Position numbers and translations under genes: made by a program. The notes beneath the pieces were generated by a model. That model was not told the origin of the DNA. It made no database searches and worked only from the letters and a program-made list of their open reading frames with translations. This document shows positions 35,817 to 49,838 of a DNA stretch of 64,000 nt, piece by piece. Origin of the DNA: Gammaproteobacteria bacterium (GTDB taxonomy: Bacteria > Pseudomonadota > Gammaproteobacteria > Nevskiales > Nevskiaceae); NCBI GenBank assembly GCA_022599775.1, contig JAHZLQ010000025.1, forward strand, positions 4,219 through 68,218, written 5' to 3'. Within the stretch, counting starts at the first letter, position 1; each line of letters starts with the position of its first letter.

Positions 35817-36431
35817 TCAGCCAGGCGTGCTCCCGATGGCCGCGCGCACGCAGAAATCTGCAATCGCATCGATCAGCGCGTGAGCGTCGCTGGCCTTGGA
35901 TGATGGCGCCACCGGACGCACCAGGGCTTCGGTGAACGCGCCGACGATACAGGCCGCGCTGACCTCGACGGACTGCTCGGGAAACTCGCCGCTGGTGACG
36001 CCGGCGCGCAGGACGTCCTTGAACACTTCGCCGAAGCGCTGCCGGCAGACGATACGGGCGGCTTCGACTTCGGGGTCGGTCGGTTCGGCGATGAAGGCGT
36101 AGGCGAGGTATGGACCCTGCAAGGCGCGTGCTGCGAAGGATTCCACGGCGGCGCGCAGGCGTTCGATGGCCGGCACCGGTCGGTCCACGATCTCGCGCAG
36201 GATCGCCACTTCATGGGTGACGGCCTCGTCCAGCACTTCCACGAACAGGTCTTTCTTGGACGGGAAGTAGCGATACATGGCGCCGGTAGACAAGCCGACC
36301 TCCGCCGCCACCGCGCTGATCGACGCGGCCCGGAAGCCGCCGCTCGCCACCAGTCGACGCGCGGCACGCAGGATGCGCTGGCGGTTGTCGGCCAGTCGTT
36401 CCTGCATCAGCGGTGAGCGTTGGTAAGCCAT
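35817..36431 (-). CDS. TetR/AcrR family transcriptional regulator
   Basis: 204 aa; HTH ISAVAAEVGLSTGAMYRYFPSKKDLF; divergent from liuA. Confidence 0.9.
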   Translation of the reverse strand: MAYQRSPLMQERLADNRQRILRAARRLVASGGFRAASISAVAAEVGLSTGAMYRYFPSKKDLFVEVLDEAVTHEVAILREIVDRPVPAIERLRAAVESFAARALQGPYLAYAFIAEPTDPEVEAARIVCRQRFGEVFKDVLRAGVTSGEFPEQSVEVSAACIVGAFTEALVRPVAPSSKASDAHALIDAIADFCVRAAIGSTPG

Positions 36432-36464
36432 GATGTGAATCTAAATTATTTTTATGAATCATAC

Positions 36465-36493
36465 TTCACTTTTTGATGCGTGGCGCCTAGAAT
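36465..36493 (+). promoter_or_regulatory. possible promoter TTCACT-N17-TAGAAT for liuA
   Basis: Hexamers at 36465-36470 and 36488-36493; preceded by a direct repeat TGAATC-N13-TGAATC (36436-36441 and 36455-36460), a possible TetR site. Confidence 0.35.
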
Positions 36494-36601
36494 CCGTCGC
36501 GCCGGGCACATTCCACTGAGCCGCCAAACCCGGCAGGTGTCGCTGCGCAGCTATGGATCGTGGGACACACACAAGGGTGGCCAGCACGGAGCGAGTCCCG
36601 G

Positions 36602-37761
36602 ATGAGCGCAAGCCTGAATTTCGATCTTGGCGAGGAGGTCGACCAACTGCGTGAGATCACGCAGAGATTCGCACAGCGTGAGATCGCGCCGCTGGCGGCG
36701 AAGACCGACCAGGACAATGCCTTTCCGATGCCGCTGTGGCGCAAGTTCGGCGAACTGGGCGTGCTGGGTCTGACGGTGGAGCCCGAATACGGCGGAACCG
36801 AAATGGGCTATCTCGCGCATGTGGTGGCGATGGAGGAAATCTCCCGCGCCAGCGCCTCGATCGGCCTGTCCTACGGCGCGCATTCGAACCTGTGCGTGAA
36901 CCAGTTGCGCAAGAACGGCAGCGAGGCGCAGAAGCGGCGCTACCTGCCGAAGTTGATCAGTGGCGAGCATGTCGGTGCCCTGGCGATGTCCGAACCCGGC
37001 GCGGGCTCGGACGTGGTGTCGATGCGCCTGCGTGCGGACCGCAAGGGTGACCGCTACGTGCTCAACGGCAGCAAGATGTGGATCACCAATGGCCCGGACG
37101 CGGACACGCTGATCGTCTACGCCAAGACCGATCCCGTCGCCGGCGCGCGCGGCATCACCGGCTTCCTGATCGAGAAGGGCTTTGCCGGATTTTCCACGGC
37201 GCAGAAGCTCGACAAGCTCGGCATGCGCGGCTCCAACACCTGCGAGCTGGTGTTCGAGGATTGCGAGGTGCCGCAAGACAATGTACTGGGCGAGGTGGGA
37301 CGCGGCGTCAATGTGTTGATGTCCGGCCTGGACTATGAGCGGGTGGTCCTGTCCGGTGGGCCGCTGGGCATCATGGCCGCCTGCCTCGACGCGGTGCTGC
37401 CGTACGTGCGCGAGCGCAAGCAGTTCGGCCAGGCCATCGGCGAGTTCCAGTTGATGCAGGGCAAGCTGGCGGACATGTATGTGGGCTTCAACGCCTGCCG
37501 TGCCTATGTCTACGCCGTGGCCAAGGCCTGTGACCGCGGCGAAACCACGCGCAAGGATGCGGCCGGCGCGATTCTGTATGCGGCCGAAAAGGCCACCTGG
37601 ATGGCCGGGCAGGCGATCCAGGCGCTGGGCGGTAACGGTTACGTCAACGAGTTTCCGGTCGGCCGCCTGTGGCGCGACGCCAAGCTTTACGAAATCGGGG
37701 CCGGGACCTCGGAAATCCGCCGCATGCTGATCGGGCGCGAACTCTTCGGCGAGACGCTCGG

Positions 37762-37765
<4 letters not shown>
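36602..37765 (+). CDS. liuA: isovaleryl-CoA dehydrogenase
   Basis: Internal ATG at 36602; [12 protein letters not shown]..., [11 protein letters not shown] and [18 protein letters not shown] (the IVD-type GAGT). Confidence 0.9.
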
Positions 37766-39369
<1,604 letters not shown>

Positions 39370-39454
39370 TGGAGCGCCCTGCGATGAGAGTTTCCAGGAA
39401 CGAGACCGACGCCATCTTCGGCACGCGCAGCTTGTTGTCGGGGAGCACATTCTG

Positions 39455-41443
39455 ATGTTCGGAAAAATACTGATCGCCAATCGTGGCGAAATCGCCTGCC
39501 GCATCATCAGGACCTGTCGGCGTCTCGGCATTCGCAGCGTCGCCGTGTATTCGCAGGCCGATGCCGACGCGCGCCATGTGCGGCTGGCGGACGAAGCCTA
39601 TTGCGTGGGGCCGGCCGCTTCCAAGGACAGCTACCTGCAGGTGCGGAACATCCTCGACGCGGCACGTCGCAGCGGCGCCGAGGCGATCCATCCGGGCTAC
39701 GGCTTCCTGTCCGAGAACGAGGGTTTCGCGCGGGCCTGTGCCGAGGCCGGCGTCGTCTTCATCGGCCCGCCGGTGGCGGCGATTCAGGCCATGGGCTCCA
39801 AGTCCGCGGCCAAGGCGCTGATGCACGCCGCCGGTGTGCCGCTGGTGCCCGGCTATCACGGCGACGAACAGGACCCGGCGCTGCTGCAGGCCAAGGCCGA
39901 TGAGATCGGCTATCCAGTGCTGATCAAGGCCTCGGCCGGTGGCGGCGGCAAGGGCATGCGCGTGGTCGAGGGCAGCGGCGAGTTCGCGGCGGCGCTGGTG
40001 TCCTGCCAGCGCGAGGCGCGCACCAGTTTCGGCGATGAGCAGGTGCTGATCGAGAAGTATCTGCAGCAGCCGCGGCACATCGAAATTCAGGTGTTTGGCG
40101 ACAGCCAGGGCTCGGTGATCAGCCTGCACGAACGCGATTGCTCGGCGCAGCGACGCCACCAGAAGGTGGTCGAGGAAGCGCCGGCGCCCGGCATCGATGG
40201 CGAGCAGCGTGCCGCCATGGCCAAGGCCGCCTGTGACGCTGCGCGCGCCGTCCGCTACGTCGGTGCCGGCACCGTCGAGTTCATCGCGGATACGAGTGGC
40301 CGGTTCTATTTCATGGAGATGAACACGCGTCTGCAGGTGGAGCACCCGGTCACGGAGATGATCACCGGACTTGATCTGGTCGAATGGCAGCTGCGGATCG
40401 CCGCCGGCGAAGCGCTGCCGCTGAGCCAGGAGCAGGTGCCTCTGCATGGACATTCGATCGAAGTGCGGCTCTACGCCGAGGAGCCGGAAAAGGGTTTTCT
40501 GCCGTCGATCGGTCGCTTGGCGCTGTTCAGCACGCCGGCCGAATCGGCGCATGTGAGGATCGACAGCGGCGTTGACCAGGGCGACGAAGTCAGCCCGCAC
40601 TACGATCCGATGCTGGCCAAGCTCATCGTCTGGGACGAAACCCGTGATCGCGCCATCAACCGCATGTTGGGTGCGCTCGCCGAATTCGAGGTGGCGGGCG
40701 TGGGCAACAACGCCCGTTTCCTGGCGCGCCTGATCGACCATGTCGACTTCCGTGACGGGCGTGTCGATACCGGACTGATCGAACGCGCGCGCGAGGTTCT
40801 GCTTGCGCCCGCCGCACTGCCGCCGCGCGAGGCCTTCGAAGCGGCCGAGCTGCATCATCTTTTGGATGAAGCGCGCGCGCGCGCCGACGATGCGGCCGGT
40901 TCGCTCGATCCCTGGTCACCGTGGGCGCAGGCGGATGGTTGGCGCCTCAATGGCTTGTTGCGGCGCAAGATCGAATGGATGCATGACGACGCGCACCGCG
41001 TGCTCGAAGTGGAGTACGCCCCGGAGGGCTACCGGATCGATGGCGAGACCGCGCAGGCGCGCGTCGATGCGAGCGGCCGTTTGCAGGCCACCGTCGGCGA
41101 CCGGCATTTCAATGCGCGCGTCGTTGCGCTCGGCGAGATTCTGCAGGTCTTCGTTGGCGGGATCTCGTACCGGCTGACGCGCCTCGATCCGCTGGCGCAT
41201 GCTGGTGAGGAGCAGGATGCGCAGGGCGGTTTGCTGGCGCCGATGCCGGGAAAGATACTGGAGCTGCCGGCCGAGGTCGGTGTGCTGGTCGACAAGGGAA
41301 CACCGTTGGTGGTGATGGAGGCGATGAAGATGGAACACACGCTTTCGGCGCCGGCACGCGGCACGGTCACGGGCTTTCTCTGCGCCGTTGGCGAACAGGT
41401 TGCCGATGGCGCCGAACTGGTCGAGTTCGAGCCGGCCGAATGA
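39455..41443 (+). CDS. liuD: methylcrotonyl-CoA carboxylase, biotin carboxylase/BCCP (alpha) subunit
   Basis: MFGKILIANRGEIACR start; ATP-grasp motifs; biotinylation motif EAMKMEH near the C-terminus. Confidence 0.9.
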   Translation: MFGKILIANRGEIACRIIRTCRRLGIRSVAVYSQADADARHVRLADEAYCVGPAASKDSYLQVRNILDAARRSGAEAIHPGYGFLSENEGFARACAEAGVVFIGPPVAAIQAMGSKSAAKALMHAAGVPLVPGYHGDEQDPALLQAKADEIGYPVLIKASAGGGGKGMRVVEGSGEFAAALVSCQREARTSFGDEQVLIEKYLQQPRHIEIQVFGDSQGSVISLHERDCSAQRRHQKVVEEAPAPGIDGEQRAAMAKAACDAARAVRYVGAGTVEFIADTSGRFYFMEMNTRLQVEHPVTEMITGLDLVEWQLRIAAGEALPLSQEQVPLHGHSIEVRLYAEEPEKGFLPSIGRLALFSTPAESAHVRIDSGVDQGDEVSPHYDPMLAKLIVWDETRDRAINRMLGALAEFEVAGVGNNARFLARLIDHVDFRDGRVDTGLIERAREVLLAPAALPPREAFEAAELHHLLDEARARADDAAGSLDPWSPWAQADGWRLNGLLRRKIEWMHDDAHRVLEVEYAPEGYRIDGETAQARVDASGRLQATVGDRHFNARVVALGEILQVFVGGISYRLTRLDPLAHAGEEQDAQGGLLAPMPGKILELPAEVGVLVDKGTPLVVMEAMKMEHTLSAPARGTVTGFLCAVGEQVADGAELVEFEPAE

Positions 41444-41514
41444 ATGCGAGTGGCTGACGTTCCGCACCGCATGCGAAATCGGCCTGAAACAGCCTTAGGC
41501 TGGAGGACGAGACG

Positions 41515-42213
41515 ATGAACAAACAATATCCCAGTGCTGCCGCCGCGCTCGAGGGCGTGGTTCGCGACGGCATGACACTGGCGGTGGGCGGCTTCGGGCT
41601 GTGCGGGATTCCCGAGGCGCTGATCGAGGCCTTGCGCGCAACCGGCTGCAAGGATCTGACGGTGATTTCGAACAATGCGGGTGTCGATGGTTTCGGCTTG
41701 GGCGTACTGCTGGAGTCGCGACAGGTCCGCAAGATGATTTCGTCCTACGTGGGCGAAAACAAGGAGTTCGAGCGGCAGTTCCTGGCTGGCGAACTGGAGT
41801 TGGAGTTCACGCCGCAGGGCAGTCTCGCCGAGAAGCTGCGGGCTGGCGGCGCCGGGATTCCGGCGTTCTACACCAAGACCGGGTACGGCACGCTGGTGGC
41901 CGAGGGCAAGGAGGTACGCGAGTTCGACGGCGAGCCCTATGTCATGGAAAAGAGCCTGCGCGCGGACGTGTCCCTGGTGAAGGCCTGGAAGGCCGACCGC
42001 GCCGGCAATCTGGTGTTTCGCAAGACCGCGCGCAACTTCAATCCGATGTGCGCAACAGCCTCGAAGATGTGCATTGCGGAGGTCGAGCAACTGGTGGACG
42101 TCGGCGAGCTCGATCCCGACATGATTCATACGCCCGGCATCTACGTGAAGCGCCTGGTACACAACCCCAGTCCTGAGAAGCGCATCGAAAAGCGCACCAC
42201 GCGGGAGAGCTGA
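41515..42213 (+). CDS. scoA: 3-oxoacid CoA-transferase subunit A
   Basis: 232 aa; [10 protein letters not shown] and SENG-type family pattern; adjacent to the B subunit. Confidence 0.9.
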   Translation: MNKQYPSAAAALEGVVRDGMTLAVGGFGLCGIPEALIEALRATGCKDLTVISNNAGVDGFGLGVLLESRQVRKMISSYVGENKEFERQFLAGELELEFTPQGSLAEKLRAGGAGIPAFYTKTGYGTLVAEGKEVREFDGEPYVMEKSLRADVSLVKAWKADRAGNLVFRKTARNFNPMCATASKMCIAEVEQLVDVGELDPDMIHTPGIYVKRLVHNPSPEKRIEKRTTRES

Positions 42214-42214
42214 C

Positions 42215-42841
42215 ATGGCCTGGACACGCGAACAGATGGCGAAGCGCGCGGCGCAGGAGCTGCAGGATGGTTACTACGTCAACCTTGGAATCGGTCTGCC
42301 CACCCTGATTCCAGGCTATATCCCGGAAGGCATGGACGTGTGGTTGCAGAGCGAAAACGGCCTCATGGGTATCGGTCCGTATCCACTGGACAGCGAGGTC
42401 GACGCGGATCTGATCAATGCCGGTAAGCAGACGATCACCGAGCTGCCTGGCAGCGCCTATTTTTCCAGCGCGGACTCTTTCGCGATGATTCGCGGCGGAC
42501 ACATCAACCTGTCGATTCTCGGCGCCATGCAAGTGTCCGAGCGTGGCGATCTGGCGAACTGGATGGTGCCCGGCAAGATGATCAAGGGCATGGGCGGTGC
42601 GATGGATCTGGTGGCCGGTGTCGAGCGCGTGGTAGTGATGATGGAACACACTGCAAAGGACGGGTCGCACAAGATCCTCGGGAACTGCGACCTCCCGTTG
42701 ACCGGCGTCGCCGTGGTCGATCGCATCATTACCCAACTGGGCGTGCTCGATGTGACGCCCGAGGGACTTCGGCTGGTGGAGCTGGCACCGGACGTCAGTC
42801 GTGAGGAGATGCAGGACAAGACCGGCTGCGCGGTCTATTGA
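42215..42841 (+). CDS. scoB: 3-oxoacid CoA-transferase subunit B
   Basis: 208 aa; [11 protein letters not shown] and [12 protein letters not shown] (catalytic Glu region). Confidence 0.9.
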   Translation: MAWTREQMAKRAAQELQDGYYVNLGIGLPTLIPGYIPEGMDVWLQSENGLMGIGPYPLDSEVDADLINAGKQTITELPGSAYFSSADSFAMIRGGHINLSILGAMQVSERGDLANWMVPGKMIKGMGGAMDLVAGVERVVVMMEHTAKDGSHKILGNCDLPLTGVAVVDRIITQLGVLDVTPEGLRLVELAPDVSREEMQDKTGCAVY

Positions 42842-43029
42842 ATCGAATCCGGTTTGCAGAGCACGTGACCGTCGGCACCGCCGCAGTGAGCCGCATCCGC
42901 ATGGGCGGTGCCGCTGTACTACAATTCGCCGGATAAGCTATCGATTTGAGCCGTTTATCGCTACGCCAACCGTGCGCGGCATCGCTATACTGCGCGCCTT
43001 AATTTTTCTCACGGGACCGGAGTCCGCTG

Positions 43030-43518
43030 GTGGACCACGCCAATCACGACAAGAAATTTCTCGCTACTTTCCTCACGGTCCTCGCGGTTCTGGTGGGCCT
43101 TGCCTTCCTCATCGCGATCGCGGCCTCCATCGTCGACTTCTCGGCGACCAATGAAAGCACGGACCCCGCGGCCATGGCTCGACTCGAAGATCGCGTCAAA
43201 CCCGTTGCCATGGTCGTGACCGATCCGGCGGCACTGATGCAGAAGACCGAAGCGAGCTCGCGGGCGCCGATGAGCGGCGAGGAAATCGTCGGCAAGGTCT
43301 GCGGCGCCTGCCATCAGGCGGGTGTACTCGGCGCCCCCAAAATCGGAGAGGCTGCCGCCTGGAAGGCGCGCATCGACGCTCAGGGTGGCGTGGACGCCAT
43401 CGTCGAGGGCGCGATCAACGGCATCAACCAGATGCCTGCGCGGGGCGGTGATCCGTCGCTGTCCGACGAAGAAGTGCACGAGGCGGTGGAGTACATGCTC
43501 GGCCAGTCCGGTCTGTAG
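43030..43518 (+). CDS. membrane-anchored c-type cytochrome (cytochrome c5 family)
   Basis: GTG start; N-terminal TM helix; heme motif CGACH; ...GINQMPARGG. Confidence 0.8.
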   Translation: MDHANHDKKFLATFLTVLAVLVGLAFLIAIAASIVDFSATNESTDPAAMARLEDRVKPVAMVVTDPAALMQKTEASSRAPMSGEEIVGKVCGACHQAGVLGAPKIGEAAAWKARIDAQGGVDAIVEGAINGINQMPARGGDPSLSDEEVHEAVEYMLGQSGL

Positions 43519-43558
43519 TCACTGTCTGGCGGGGCGCCTCACGCGAGCGGAATCAGAA

Positions 43559-43597
43559 ACTGCCGGTTCGTCCGAGACGAGCCGGCAGTTTTGTTTT
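43559..43597 (+). terminator. rho-independent terminator after the cytochrome c5 gene
   Basis: 14-bp stem ACTGCCGGTTCGTC / GACGAGCCGGCAGT followed by TTTTGTTTT. Confidence 0.8.
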
Positions 43598-43748
43598 GGG
43601 CCGGATTTCCGGTGCGCACCGATTTGGCATCCAAATTGCTGCAATGTGGTGCTCGGCGATTCGGGGGAATTGGGCATTCATGGAGGGCAGCCTCCGCGCC
43701 GTGCATAAGTTCAGAAAATCATTGCGCAACCGATTGGGAGAGGTTTAC

Positions 43749-44453
43749 ATGTTCAAAATGAAGCGAGTGGCTGCTATGGCGGCATTGTGCGCGGCGGCTG
43801 CGAGCCCCACCGCATTTGCCGGTTGGTCGGGGAACGTGGGCGCGGTCAGCGAATACATGTTCCGCGGTATTCCGCAGGGCGACGGTGGTGAACCGGCAAT
43901 TCAGGGCGGCATCGATTACGCAGCAGATTCCGGTTTCTACTTGGGGACTTGGGGATCCAATGTCAATTGGGGCGCCGGCGATACCGAGCTTGATCTCTAC
44001 GCGGGTTTCGGCGGTGAGACGGCTGGTGGTATGGGCTACGACTTCGGTGTCGTCTACTACTATTATCCGGAAGAGGATGAGTACGGGTTCGACCCGTCTG
44101 CCAACACCACGGAAATCTACGGCAGCCTGTCGTTTGGCATGTTCTCGTTGGCTTACTACGGCGCGGTGGGTGACTACTTCGGCGTCGAGGCTGACCTGAG
44201 CCACTACGTCAACGGTGGCTTCTCTGCGCCATTGTCCGACAAGACCTCGCTGGATATTGCGATCGGCTACAGCTTCGGCGATGCCTTCGAAGGTGAGGAC
44301 GGCGCGGAAGATACCGACTACATCGACTACAGCCTCGGTATTTCCACCGCGATCGATGACACGCTGAGCGCCAGCTTCGCGATCGTTGTTACGGACATCG
44401 ACGACGACGATCCCAAGTTCGTGTTGGGCCTGTCCAAGAGCTTCGATCTGTAA
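43749..44453 (+). CDS. TorF-family putative outer-membrane porin
   Basis: Signal peptide ending AFA; GNVGAVSEYMFRGIPQ...PAIQGGIDY...GFYLGTWGSNV matches the TorF/TIGR02001-type pattern as I recall it. Confidence 0.7.
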   Translation: MFKMKRVAAMAALCAAAASPTAFAGWSGNVGAVSEYMFRGIPQGDGGEPAIQGGIDYAADSGFYLGTWGSNVNWGAGDTELDLYAGFGGETAGGMGYDFGVVYYYYPEEDEYGFDPSANTTEIYGSLSFGMFSLAYYGAVGDYFGVEADLSHYVNGGFSAPLSDKTSLDIAIGYSFGDAFEGEDGAEDTDYIDYSLGISTAIDDTLSASFAIVVTDIDDDDPKFVLGLSKSFDL

Positions 44454-44480
44454 TCAGTTTCATTTTGAAGGGATGTTACG

Positions 44481-44510
44481 AAAACCCCGGCGACAGCCGG
44501 GGTTTTTGTT
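44481..44510. terminator. bidirectional rho-independent terminator between the porin gene and comM
   Basis: AAAACCCCGGC-GACA-GCCGGGGTTTT with A/T runs on both sides. Confidence 0.8.
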
Positions 44511-44528
44511 TGGCAAGAAAGCGCTTAG

Positions 44529-46871
<2,343 letters not shown>

Positions 46872-46890
46872 AAATCAGGGGGACAAAAGC

Positions 46891-48345
46891 ATGAAAACGA
46901 TGCGTTTGATGTCATTGCTCGCGGCCATGATGTTGGGCTTCAGCGGGCTCGCGATGGCGCAGGATGAGATGGCGCCGGAAACGATGGAAACGGCCGAGGA
47001 AATGGCGCCCGAGGCGACCATGGACGAGGCACCGGCGATGGCCGAGGAAGCCGAGGTCATGGTCGAGGAAGAGGCTCCGGCGGAAATGTCCGATGCCGAA
47101 AATGCGACGGTCCAGCTCGCATATGCACTGGATACGTTCTACTTCCTGGTGATGGGCGCCTTCGTCATGTGGATGGCGGCCGGCTTCGCGATGCTCGAAT
47201 CGGGTCTGGTTCGTGCCAAGAACACGGCCGAGATCCTGACCAAGAACATCGGCCTGTATGCCGTGGCCTGCGTCATGTACATGTTGATGGGCTACAACAT
47301 CATGTATCCGGGCGATGCGATGAGTCCGTACTTCCCCGGCTTCGGCGGTTTGCTGGGCGGCGGTGACAACTCGGTCGAAGACGTGCTGGCCAGCGGTGGT
47401 GATACCTACTACTCCGGCTTGTCGGACTTCTTCTTCCAGGTCGTGTTCGTTGCGACCGCGATGTCGATCGTCTCCGGTGCGGTGGCCGAGCGCATGAAGC
47501 TGTGGGTGTTCTTCGCCTTCGCCGTCTTCATGACCGGCTTCATCTACCCGGTTCAGGGCTTCTGGAAGTGGGGTGGCGGCTTCCTCGACGCCGCTGGCTT
47601 CAACGACTTCGCAGGTTCCGGCATCGTGCATTTGTGCGGCGCTTCCGCGGCACTGGCGGGCGTACTGTTGCTCGGTCCGCGTCTCGGCAAGTACGGCGCA
47701 GACGGCAAGATCAACCCGATTCCGGGTGCGAACATGCCGATGGCCACTCTGGGTACCTTCATCCTGTGGCTGGGTTGGTTCGGCTTCAACGGTGGTTCCG
47801 AACTGGTGGTGTCGAACATCGACGAGGCCAATGCAGTGGCACGCGTCTTCGTGAACACCAACATGGCGGCGGCCGGCGGTACCATCGCCGCGCTGGTCGT
47901 GGCACGTCTGGTGTTCGGCAAGGCCGATCTCACGATGGCGCTCAACGGCGCACTCGCGGGCCTGGTCGCCATCACCGCCGAACCGCTGGCCCCGACTCCG
48001 GTCGTCGGCACGCTGATCGGCGCCGTGGGCGGCATCATCGTGGTGTTCTCGATCATCGGTCTCGACAAGCTCAAGATCGACGATCCGGTTGGTGCCATCT
48101 CGGTCCACGGCGTGGTTGGCATGTGGGGGCTGATGGCGGTACCGATCACCAATGAGGATGCGAGCTTCGGCGCCCAGCTGCTGGGTCTGGTCAGCATCTT
48201 CGTCTGGGTGTTCGTCACCAGTCTGATCGTTTGGTTCGTCCTCAAGATGATCCTCGGTCTGCGCGTCAGCGAAGAAGAAGAGCTCATGGGTACGGACCTT
48301 TCCGAATGTGGCCTCGAGGCCTATCCGGAATTCAAGCGGGACTGA
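46891..48345 (+). CDS. amtB: ammonium transporter with a long acidic, Met-rich periplasmic N-terminal extension
   Basis: Signal peptide MKTMRLMSLLAAMMLGFSGLAMA; Amt core (AGFAMLESGLVRAKN, DFAGSGIVHLCGA, VHGVVGMWG). Confidence 0.95.
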   Translation: MKTMRLMSLLAAMMLGFSGLAMAQDEMAPETMETAEEMAPEATMDEAPAMAEEAEVMVEEEAPAEMSDAENATVQLAYALDTFYFLVMGAFVMWMAAGFAMLESGLVRAKNTAEILTKNIGLYAVACVMYMLMGYNIMYPGDAMSPYFPGFGGLLGGGDNSVEDVLASGGDTYYSGLSDFFFQVVFVATAMSIVSGAVAERMKLWVFFAFAVFMTGFIYPVQGFWKWGGGFLDAAGFNDFAGSGIVHLCGASAALAGVLLLGPRLGKYGADGKINPIPGANMPMATLGTFILWLGWFGFNGGSELVVSNIDEANAVARVFVNTNMAAAGGTIAALVVARLVFGKADLTMALNGALAGLVAITAEPLAPTPVVGTLIGAVGGIIVVFSIIGLDKLKIDDPVGAISVHGVVGMWGLMAVPITNEDASFGAQLLGLVSIFVWVFVTSLIVWFVLKMILGLRVSEEEELMGTDLSECGLEAYPEFKRD

Positions 48346-48369
48346 TTCCCCGCGGTCTTGCGGCAAACC

Positions 48370-48403
48370 GGGCGGGCGCAGCAATGCGCCCGCCTTTCTT
48401 TTT
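48370..48403 (+). terminator. rho-independent terminator after amtB
   Basis: GGCGGGCGCA-GCAA-TGCGCCCGCC followed by TTTCTTTTT. Confidence 0.85.
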
Positions 48404-48483
48404 GCGCGAGGCGCCGTCTACACTGCCCTCTACATTGATCGGAACTTGGATCGGGTTCCAGGAACAACAGAAGGGCAGTGCCG

Positions 48484-48822
48484 ATGAAAATGCTGATTGC
48501 GATCATTAAGCCGTTCCGGCTCGACGCAGTGCGCGAAGCGCTGTCGGATATCGGCGTGCAGGGCATGACGGTGACCGAGGTTCGTGGGTTCGGGCGGCAG
48601 AAGGGGCACACCGAGCTGTATCGCGGTGCTGAGTATGTTGTTGACCTGCTGCCCAAGATCAAGATCGAACTCGCGCTGGAGCCGGACATGGTCGAGCCGG
48701 CGACGGAGGCGATTACCCAGGCTGCGCGCACCGGCGAAATTGGCGATGGCAAGATCTTCGTCTACGATCTCGGGCAGGCCACGCGCATTCGTACCGGAGA
48801 ACGAGGTTCCGACGCGGTCTGA
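48484..48822 (+). CDS. second P-II family nitrogen regulatory protein
   Basis: 112 aa; 81 of 112 positions identical to the glnK product by hand alignment; T-loop identical, including Tyr51. Confidence 0.9.
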   Translation: MKMLIAIIKPFRLDAVREALSDIGVQGMTVTEVRGFGRQKGHTELYRGAEYVVDLLPKIKIELALEPDMVEPATEAITQAARTGEIGDGKIFVYDLGQATRIRTGERGSDAV

Positions 48823-48895
48823 ACACGTGTCAGCCGCCGCCGTGGATTCGTCACGCACGACCTCTACCCAGTGAGACTCCGCTGATTATCCTGAA

Positions 48896-49387
48896 ATGCG
48901 GCGCCCCGACGGCATGATTCTGCTGCGCCCCTGGCTGCTGCTGTGCTGGGCCGTGCTGATTCTGACGGGCTGCGGCGGTGAGCCCTTGCGTCCGCAACAG
49001 GGTGATGCAGGAACACGCGAGCGTGCGCTCGATGCCGCATTGGGTCAGCTGGGCCGACCCTATCGCTATGGCGGTGCCGACTCTGCGGGATTCGATTGCA
49101 GCGGTCTGGTGTATTTCAGTTACCGGGCGGCGGGTCTGAGTTTGCCCCGTTCGGCGCGCGATCAGATGCACAGCGGCCTGGAAATTGACCCAGAGGACGT
49201 GCGTCCCGGCGATTTGCTGTTTTTTCGCTTTCCCGGAAATCAGGCAAACGGTGTTCATGTGGTGATGTGGCTCGGCGGCGGTCGTGCGATTCACGCGCCT
49301 TCGGGCACGGGCGAAGTCGAGGTGATCCACATTGACGTGCCCTGGTGGATGCGTCGGTTCGAGACTGCGGTGGCCGTGGCTCCCTGA
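48896..49387 (+). CDS. NlpC/P60 (C40) family cell-wall peptidase lipoprotein
   Basis: Lipobox LILTGC; YRYGGADSAGFDCSGLV catalytic Cys region; HVVMWLGGGRAIHAP. Confidence 0.85.
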   Translation: MRRPDGMILLRPWLLLCWAVLILTGCGGEPLRPQQGDAGTRERALDAALGQLGRPYRYGGADSAGFDCSGLVYFSYRAAGLSLPRSARDQMHSGLEIDPEDVRPGDLLFFRFPGNQANGVHVVMWLGGGRAIHAPSGTGEVEVIHIDVPWWMRRFETAVAVAP

Positions 49388-49478
49388 GCCTTGCGTTCGG
49401 GCAGCGCCCGGGTCGAACGCCGTTTGTGCGCGCCGTCAGCCGCGCAATACACTGAGCGCTGGTCGGGGGAGGGCGCCA

Positions 49479-49838
49479 ATGCTGCGCGAAATCGTATTCC
49501 TGTTGAGCCTCTGTCTGGCTGCACCAACTGCGGTCAGCGGTGCGACGATTTATCGCTGGGTCGACGCCCAGGGACGCGCGCACTTCGGCGACCAGCCGGC
49601 GCCGGGCGCCGCCCAAATTCCCGACCGGGCGATGCCTGCTTCCGGCACGCAGGCCCCGTCAGCGTCGGCGGATTGCGAGGTGGCAAGGCAGCGCCTGCAG
49701 CAGTATCGGGACGCCGAAAGCATCATCGAGGAAGACGCCCTGGGCCAGCGCCGAACGCTCGACGCGGTTCAGCATGCGCAGCTGCTCGAACGGACGCAGG
49801 CCCGGGTTCGAGACACTTGCGCCGCCGACAGTCAATGA
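49479..49838 (+). CDS. DUF4124 domain protein (secreted)
   Basis: Signal peptide followed by IYRWVDAQGRAHFGDQP, the DUF4124 signature. Confidence 0.7.
   Translation: MLREIVFLLSLCLAAPTAVSGATIYRWVDAQGRAHFGDQPAPGAAQIPDRAMPASGTQAPSASADCEVARQRLQQYRDAESIIEEDALGQRRTLDAVQHAQLLERTQARVRDTCAADSQ

Noticed and set aside
42875-42914. 9-bp GC hairpin (GGCACCGCC ... GGCGGTGCC) after scoB as a terminator
   Set aside because: It has a 22-nt loop and no T-tract. Too weak to call.
46912-48384. 490-aa ORF on the minus strand
   Set aside because: Antisense to amtB. Low-complexity His/Asp/Arg-rich translation with no motifs. A shadow ORF.
48441-48460. Sigma54 promoter for the second P-II gene (CTTGGATCGGGTTCCAGG)
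   Set aside because: GG is present, but there is no GC at the canonical -12 spacing.
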